Positions 57,701 to 64,000 of a stretch of DNA of 64,000 nucleotides are shown here, piece after piece; the stretch's first letter is position 1, and each line of letters opens with the position of its first letter. The notes below the pieces were generated by a model. That model ran no database searches and was not told where the DNA came from. It saw only the letters and a program-made list of their open reading frames with translations. A program made the translations under genes and the position numbers. The stretch is taken from positions 559,746-623,745 of the forward strand of contig OZ025676.1 in the NCBI GenBank assembly GCA_964019335.1, written 5' to 3'. This DNA is from Diplonema japonicum. Its lineage: Eukaryota; Protista; Euglenozoa: Diplonemea.

Positions 57701-58357
57701 ATCCGATACTTCATCAAAGTTATCTCCAATGGGTGCATGGAATATTTGATCACGTAGAAATGGGATGTGAAACCATGTTTGAATCAGCGAATTCAAGTAG
57801 CAGGTTGCACCTTGGTTGCAAAGCCCCACAGCGCCGCTGGTTCGTGGTGTTGTATTCCCTTCGTCAGAATCATCACAGTCACTTGGTGATATTGTCATCC
57901 TGAAGTCGATCTGCAATGTGTCATCTGCAATGAATCCTTTGTCTTCGTCATAGAGAACGGAAAGTGGCATGAAGCGTCGGAAGCCCCAGTCATGAAGTGC
58001 AAGGCAGAACACATTTTCTGATTTGCAGAGTACTGATGACACAGACTTCACATTACTTAGTGCTGTGAACGAGAAGAAAGCAACTCTGCACCAACCAACA
58101 GGAAGTGCATGAGCATTTGCAAGATCAAGATAAATTGACAAATACCTAACACCATTGCCATTAGGGTATAGTAGCAGCCTCCATGGAATTCCATCCATTT
58201 CAAAAACACTTGAGTAAATGTTGTCAGGCATTGTGTTTGACTCTGATGCATGAAGTAACCCTTTTATTGTCCATTTGTAACTTGCTGAAGAACCCCCAGA
58301 CTTCACAAGTGATAAGCCTTGCTTCACACCATCAGTCAATGAATCATCTTCTCCCAT
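54746..58357 (-). CDS. Ubiquitin-specific protease, USP7/UBP15 family (MATH, catalytic, UBL domains)
   Basis: MATH WRLLLYPNG...DWGF; Cys box GLCNQGATCYLNS, QHD, His box VHSGDVNGGHYY, WYRFDD. Confidence 0.95.
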   Translation of the reverse strand: MGEDDSLTDGVKQGLSLVKSGGSSASYKWTIKGLLHASESNTMPDNIYSSVFEMDGIPWRLLLYPNGNGVRYLSIYLDLANAHALPVGWCRVAFFSFTALSNVKSVSSVLCKSENVFCLALHDWGFRRFMPLSVLYDEDKGFIADDTLQIDFRMTISPSDCDDSDEGNTTPRTSGAVGLCNQGATCYLNSLIQTWFHIPFLRDQIFHAPIGDNFDEVSDEELDSNIFSPYPSPYPTLEQKEKSLVGALQQVFYNLQFQKKAVSTKELTAAFGWTQEGVFRQHDIHELIRVLYSSLEEKLKGTRVAGTLDSLFRGGLVHTIVCNDIDYESRTEELFYDLQLNVKGCPTLYDALDKYFSPEVLEGENKYATPDQGLQAATRKCIMDKAPPVLLLHLKRFDYDIVTQKQAKVNERQEFPVELDIERYLATPSPKDNAYVLLSVLVHSGDVNGGHYYSFLRPVLSGPWYRFDDERVIRVTEKDVIAENFGGDYGGGQLPRYASAYVLIYLRVSDLDWLTPTITYATVPMSVHRRFGRLPKKDVEKDVAEAHLFINVRVVVDNDIFGCEEVAPPESCIPVKHLRKTTLRSLKSTLIQTYYPDLEDIALWRWEGRLNGTMRPSSLVIQNPDTTLEKAFSLGSHHKDIVTLYAHPWPVEDNSGVATLTPQKSLVDGDLVMLFVKIHIPQNTDSCVVKKRCVLNRDAPLRALLDGMSDCNFQQQGQLFEEVREGLLEKLDGDVTLNDAELSSGDIVVITSGTTNLVMHPFSPDSNTLTAKYRDVRDVIKQKALALQVRFSAVDQPDVATTTLELSSDLSISAVRALLAAELKVNPMELELFVSEPDYTPKLALLAGTLSLGTVLNIGWNRLRNTLYFVKQADLSTLYPQGSIFVTVNIISSIHGELEKSVKLTLQPGAQVGHLKTKLIEDTQILGREHITGIDCCGEQDTTTSGSSGSTQSSICAIDRTVPSGSVKQHPHSGKVLLYELSAVYNTITRVLWDDHEPLVETTKSLILCAEVVKTQILQNVRSSSFQFAPGLNAVSSYQVSFDLTMKLPPFDQDRFLVQILHFEQSNHNHANMHLNIPDPNVLVIKPHSTPWLAVVNANDTVKSFRARLLQERPMYVAPHMNNLNRHSTLSDYIAGPSKAPFHIVRSLNHCLIQPLTETEKLLPCLQANMRQKISPSLALQRPSTDKLRAKEGREGPGICIRR

Positions 58358-58810
58358 GCAAATAGTAGCGTGTCCTGTTAGGATTGCAAACAAATGTGAC
58401 GTGAAGACGTGTGAGTAAAATGTAAGAAGGAACTTAGTGGCAAGAGGAATATCAGAATAGCAGAAGGCTGGCTAGCCCAAAGCAAAAAGAAGGAGGAATT
58501 CCCAAGGATTTAGGGGAACAAAAGGGAGCGAAGGGAGCAAGGGGAATGAGGGGAACAAGATCCATTTCCATACTATGGTCAATTGGCTTGCATTTTTTTT
58601 TTGGTTCAAAAAAAGGGATCCTAGGTTTATTAAAAAAACCAGGCTCAGGTCAGCTGTTGTTACAAGATTTTTCCAGGGGGTGAAAAAAACCAGGTGAGCT
58701 ATAGTAAATAAAAAACATAAATACACAAGGGAGGGTGAGAAGGGTAGGTTTTAAATGAGAAGAGTGACAGAAGGAAGCCAAAGAGAGCACCACAAAGAAA
58801 AAAAAAAGAA

Positions 58811-58957
58811 AAAACTAGTTTGGCGCTCCATTTGTTTGTGTGCATGAGCGGAATTTTACCTAATAAAATAGCTCATTACACTGCCATCAACTAGTTTTTA
58901 GTCTCGACAATAATATTGTTAAAACAAAAAACTAGTTTGGCGCTCCATTTGTTTGTG
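58811..58957. repeat. 120-bp inverted repeat, left copy, plus a partial tandem second unit
   Basis: Reverse complement of 61721-61840 with 5 mismatches; unit restarts at 58927 (116-bp period). Confidence 0.9.
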
Positions 58958-59099
58958 CACACAAGCCGTCCACTTATGAACACGCCCCCCCCTCCCCACT
59001 GCATGTCCCTTAGGTCACAGATTCGTCTTAGCGAACCTTGGTCAGGAGTGGGGTGAGCCACCAGCATGCTCATGCCAAGAAAAAACATGTCACAACCTA

Positions 59100-59570
59100 G
59101 TGTACACACCCAGACACCTCGCTTTGCACCTCCTCCGTGATCTCTCGGCCCCAGCACAGCATCTCGAGCATGACCTCATCACCAGAGTAGGCCTTCCACC
59201 AAGCACCAAGGACGACAGTGCTGTCAATACCCATGCAAAGCACCACGTTCCAGAGACCCAACACCCGAAAAGCAAATTCCAGCAGTTCCAGCAGGGCAAC
59301 TACATCTCCAGTCGAGCAATGACTGCTCCTGCCAAGGCTCGTGGTATACCTCTCCACCTGATGTGTCTCCTCCCATCAAGCATCAGCATGCAGCACCACC
59401 CCATCAAGCTGGCATCTGTGAAGGCCTCGAGCCTTACTGTAGGTCGCTTGGCCTACTGCTTCCATTCATTCTGTCCCAACTCCTCGAAAGCAGCCTGCAA
59501 TGCACGTTGCACCAACGCTGGTATCATTATGAGTGTAGTCCAAAAACCCGCTCAACTGGCAGCATTGAGG
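59100..59570 (-). mobile_element. Decayed RNase H of a DIRS/VIPER/TATE-like retroelement
   Basis: FTDASLMGW (59408-59422), IARLE, then after a frameshift GIDSTVVLGAWWKAYS; in-frame stops. Confidence 0.65.
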
Positions 59571-59722
59571 TCCTTGCCTTTGCATACACCCAACATTTAC
59601 CTAAGGATGGAGTTCAACCTGAAAAGAGGGCCACAAAGTACCCTGGGCTGGGTGAAACATTGGTTTCAGCCAAAGCTTACTTACAGGAGGTGCTGTGAGT
59701 TGGGTTTTAACCTCCCTTTTTT

Positions 59723-59777
<55 letters not shown>

Positions 59778-60129
59778 ACATCTAATCTGAAAAGGCAGAA
59801 GGAGACTGCAAAGGGGGGTGGTGGGTGCACTGTGTACATGCTGCATCTTTTCTAAGCATATCTAGCTCACCTTGAAGTGCTTCGTTTTCAAGTTTTAGAT
59901 TATGATGTTCCTCCAGGGAAACCTCAACCTCAGGGTAGTGAGCATAGAGAGGGCTTTGGGAATTGGGCTGCTCAAGTTGCACTGACTGTGAGTGTGTGGA
60001 ATGGGGAACAGAAGGAATGGAAGGTGGTTCAGGGACTCCAGGAACAGGAGGGGAAGCAGTAGCCACAGAAAGAACAGTTTCTACTGCTTGGTGGCAACAA
60101 CCCCTCCAGGGCATATTGAGCAGTGTTGT

Positions 60130-60260
60130 GTTCCCTCAAGGGAATTTGAAGGAATTCAGGGGAACAGAGGGAAGGGAATGATTCCCTCAAGGGAATTTGG
60201 GGGAACAGGGGAACAAAAGGGAACAGGGGAACCAAGGGAATGGGGGAATGGAGGGAATGG
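60130..60260. repeat. Degenerate GGGAA(C/T) short-repeat block (similar block at 58495-58560)
   Basis: ttccctcaagggaatttg twice plus many gggaac/gggaat units. Confidence 0.6.
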
Positions 60261-60701
60261 CCATGAAAAAAAAAATTTTTTATCTGGGGTCACATGGCAG
60301 TGTTGTTATGGGAAAAAACCTGGGGGGTGGGGGGGTGGGGGGGCAAAAAAAAATTTTTTTTTCTAGGGACCCTCACTCATATAGCACCCTCAAAACAGAC
60401 TTTTTTGGAAATTTTTGGCCAAAAAAAAATTTTTTTTCCCAGGGGACCCCAAACTTGGGGTCACTTTGGCCATTTTTGACCCCAAAATTTTTTTTCTGGA
60501 AAAAGCCAGAAATCATGAAATTTATATTAAAAACACCTTATAAACCCATTTCTGCAAACCAAAAAGTTCAGAAAGGTGTTTAGGTGGAATACACATCTCT
60601 AAACTATATTCTGAAGTAAAAAGTAAGTAAAAATCTGAATCTCAGGGGGGTAACTCATCCTCATGACAACACTGGGAGCAGTGATGGGTGAATCCTAATT
60701 A

Positions 60702-60892
60702 GGACTAGACCAGACTGGACCGGACCAGACTGGATCCAGTGTGAATTTCAACCCAATTATGCTGGACTGACTGGACTGACCAGACTGACCCAGTGTTGGT
60801 CAGTCCCATCCCATCCCCTAAAACAGAATACGGGCCTAGATGGGACTCACATGACTCCATGGGATGGGACTCGACAGGACTCACAGGACTCT
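60702..60892. repeat. GGACT/GACCA subterminal-type short repeats
   Basis: Clusters of gactg, ggacc and gggactc in both orientations, resembling DNA-transposon subterminal repeats. Confidence 0.55.
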
Positions 60893-61336
60893 CCCCAACA
60901 CTGTCATTATTTTTGATAGTTTTGCAACTTTTTTTTTTTTTTTTTCCCTTTGGAAAAAAAAAAAAAAATGGGGAAAAAAAAAAGAGAAAAAAATCCTTGA
61001 TTTTTTTTGACATACATGATGTGTTTACCTTTTTTTTTTCCCCCCTTCTTTTTTTTCTTGTCTTCTCACATTTTTTCACACACCTAAGCCAAGCTGTTGT
61101 TTCTGCTTTCCACATCAAATGTTGTATTTGGATGTAATAGAAAAGGGGGGAAATAATAAATAATATGTATAAGAGGAGGGTGTGTATGTTTATACAACCT
61201 GTGTAAACAGATCAGTTCCTTGCTTTCAGTGCCATGCCCCTGATGTGTGCGATGTACAGCTCAACCCCTGCATCACACTGCCTGTTTGTTGCACATATTT
61301 TCATGTTATCCCCCCCCCACCTGAAAATAATATATA

Positions 61337-61526
61337 GGAGATAAATATATGAGTTAAAGGAGGCTGGTGTTGGCAGCACCCTGCACAAGAACTGTCTACT
61401 TGATTACAGGGGGTGCACTGCAGCCGAGTTGTAAAAGCTACAACCCGGCCACAGTGAGAGATATATGAGTTAAAGGACCTGCACAAGACTACTTGATTAC
61501 AGGGGGTACACCACAGCCGAGTTGTA
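61337..61526. repeat. Degenerate tandem duplication (about 115-bp period) encoding a zinc-finger-like remnant on the minus strand
   Basis: atatatgagttaaagga...ctacttgattacagggggt...cagccgagttgta twice; RLWCTPCNQV...SYISH. Confidence 0.6.
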
Positions 61527-61720
61527 GCTTCTTCTACGTTCCATGTCATGTCCTTAATGTGTGTGGTGTTCAGCTCAACCCCAGCCAGGGTGTCCTGGGT
61601 AACCAAGATTCTGCTTGTGCAGGATTGGGTCATTCCATTCCCTTCTGCCAAACTGAAAGTCGGAACTTGGCAGAATGGCAGAACCAGAACTTGGTGGAAC
61701 AGGGAATTCCTTACTTTTTT

Positions 61721-61840
61721 TTTTGTTTTAACAATATTATTGTTGAGACTAAAAACTAGTTGATGGCAGCGTAATGAGCTATTTTATTAGGTAAAATTCC
61801 ACTCATGCACACAAACAAATGGAGTGTCAAACTAGTTTTT
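61721..61840. repeat. 120-bp inverted repeat, right copy
   Basis: Reverse complement of 58811-58930. Confidence 0.9.
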
Positions 61841-62291
61841 TTTTCTCCCCCCTTTTTTTTTCCTCTTTGCATCATCAAGGTTGAAAGTGGTGACTATATC
61901 ACCACAACACTGACAGCACAATATTCCATGTCGTGTCCTTAATGTGTGCAGTGTGCAGCTCAACACCAAGGTGAGGGAGGGGGCAAGGGAGAAGAAAAGG
62001 CACCATTATGCAAGGAAAGAAGGGAGGAGGAGGGCCCACAGAGAGGAACACAAGGCCACCCTGGAACAGAAGCCAGATGACCCTACTTCACCCTGGGGCT
62101 GAAGTGGACCAAGGTGGGAACACCTGGAGCCCAACCCCTGGCACCCAGAATCCCAGCACCTGGGGCTGCAACCAGCACAAGGAGGCACCACCTTCCTGCA
62201 TGCAGCAGTGTTGTGGAAGAGGCCAGGGAGCTTGCTTGGCTAGTGGTAGGGGGCACTCTGGTGGGAAGCACTTCAGTTTGGATAGGGGCTG

Positions 62292-63743
62292 ATGTCACTC
62301 TGGGCCATGTTGGAAGTGACAGTGGGGAAAGCTGGTGCTGACCCGACCCAGAGATTCGGACTGGTAAAGCTGAGGAAGACAAGACGCGGATCAAGAGGTC
62401 ACTACCTGCCAGTGTACTTGGGCCCACCTAGAAGCTCAAGACACAGAAAAAAGAAGGAGGACGCCAAGCAAGCAGCGAAGGAACGAGCTGAGACAGAGGA
62501 TAAGCTCTTTCAGGCTGAACACCTGGACCCCTTTGTGGACTTGATGCTGTCAGGGGACACATTGCAAGGAGGTGGTGACCCTCCCCCCATGGATTTGGAT
62601 GATGAGCACACAGAGGCACAGAAGGAGGGGGAAAAAGAAGGAACAGACAAACATCAATGCTGGATGGAAGACTGCTCTTTCTGCACCAGTGGCAAGCTGT
62701 CTAGTTAAACACCTCAATGCGGTCCACCATCATTTTGTGAAACAAGAGCAGGTGAGGAACATGAAGGTGAACCTCTGTGGAACGTGTGCTGCAGCGTGCT
62801 TGTCAAACCAGATGCACTGTGCACTTCACAGGCAGTGGAATCTGTGGAACCCTGACAAACAACCCAGGGCTGGCAAGTCAGTCAATAGGACAAGATCATG
62901 AAGAGCTTCAAGCTGACAAGGAGATCAACAGAGAAGGATGGGAACTGAATGGATGAAACACTGCGAGGAGCACTATGCCCTGTTTTACAGTGAGGGTTGG
63001 GACTGGTACTTGGAAGGGATGGGCACAGTGGCAACGTGGGGAGACCACTTATGCCTGCCAGCCGCAGCACAAGCATTTGGCCACATGATACTTGTGGTTG
63101 CTGGGGGAACAACCCAGTCCTGATGATAGGGGAGTACAACTCCAACCACAAGAAGGTGGTGGTGCTGGTGTACAATGGCAACCACTATGAGTATGCAGTC
63201 AGAGAGGAGGAGTCGAACAGATGATGATGCTCCTTGATGAGTCCCAATCAGTTGCTCTACAAAAGGCAGGTAAGCAACCCTCCAAGGCCCTGGGTGAGGA
63301 CATTGGGGAGTGGGACATAATAGACCATGCGATCCCTGGATATGGGAAGGCAGGGGTGTTGGACCAGATGGGGGCAAGGAACCAGCAATTCCTGTACTGT
63401 CCAGTGGCAAACTGCACTAGGTTGAAGTGCAAAAGCATGACCCCATTCAACTCAACAAGGGTGTGGAAGTGTCACCTGGATGGGCACCTGGAGAGTGATG
63501 AGATCCCAGAGAGCATTCTGAGGAGACTGGACCTCAAGAGGTGCCTGGTGTGCAGGGGCTGTGTGTGGAAGGGTCAGGGGTGCCACGACGAGTGCAAAAA
63601 GGCAGTGTGAAGGGAAGGGGAATACACAACCCCCCCACTGGCCCCAACGAGGACTGAGTTACCCAGCCTGGAAGCCATAGCCACCATGAACATCACGACC
63701 ATGGGGTTGATCCTGACAAGCCTTCAAAGACTGTGGGGGCCAA
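62292..63743 (+). mobile_element. Decayed non-LTR (CRE/SLACS-like) retroelement 5' half: zinc finger, OTU protease, zinc finger; 3'-truncated
   Basis: CWMEDC...HLNAVH...CGTC; KDGN*, TWGDHL, YNGNHY; CPVANC...HLDGH...CLVC; ELPSLEAI; stops and frameshifts; 5' boundary uncertain. Confidence 0.6.
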
Positions 63744-64000
63744 GCAAACCCGCAAACCCGCAAACCCGCAAACCCGCAAACCCGCAAACCCGCAAACCCG
63801 CAAACCCGCAAACCCGCAAACCCGCAAACCCGCAAACCCGCAAACCCGCAAACCCGCAAACCCGCAAACCCGCAAACCCGCAAACCCGCAAACCCGCAAA
63901 CCCGCAAACCCGCAAACCCGCAAACCCGCAAACCCGCAAACCCGCAAACCCGCAAACCCGCAAACCCGCAAACCCGCAAACCCGCAAACCCGCAAACCCG
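63744..64000. repeat. Perfect octamer array (GCAAACCC)n / (GGGTTTGC)n, at least 32 units, telomere-like
   Basis: Uninterrupted 8-bp repeat running to the window end. Confidence 0.95.

Noticed and set aside
63659-63995. (GLRVCGFA)n ORFs
   Set aside because: Translation of the octamer repeat.

Overview
Eukaryotic nuclear DNA, most likely from a euglenozoan protist, with diplonemid-like traits (inference). About 32 protein genes from 268 to 58357 all lie on the minus strand, like a polycistronic unit. They carry tiny GTATG...CAG introns, and include an N-terminally extended kinetoplastid-type eL41 and a FYVE-Rheb. Non-protein features absent from the ORF track: a 7-member tandem box C/D snoRNA array (2661-3728) aimed at LSU rRNA, an internally duplicated LSU rRNA fragment (10041-10260), an identical dispersed duplication of a sterol-desaturase-like gene, and long homopolymer-rich spacers containing stem-loop islands. 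From about 58.4 kb the window becomes a CpG-depleted zone of decayed elements: a 120-bp inverted repeat pair, a DIRS/VIPER/TATE-like RNase H relic, and a zinc-finger plus OTU-protease retroelement relic. That relic is cut abruptly by a perfect (GCAAACCC)n array whose C-rich strand runs 5'->3' toward the window end, the opposite of a normal telomere. Protein names come from motif recognition only; no searches were run.
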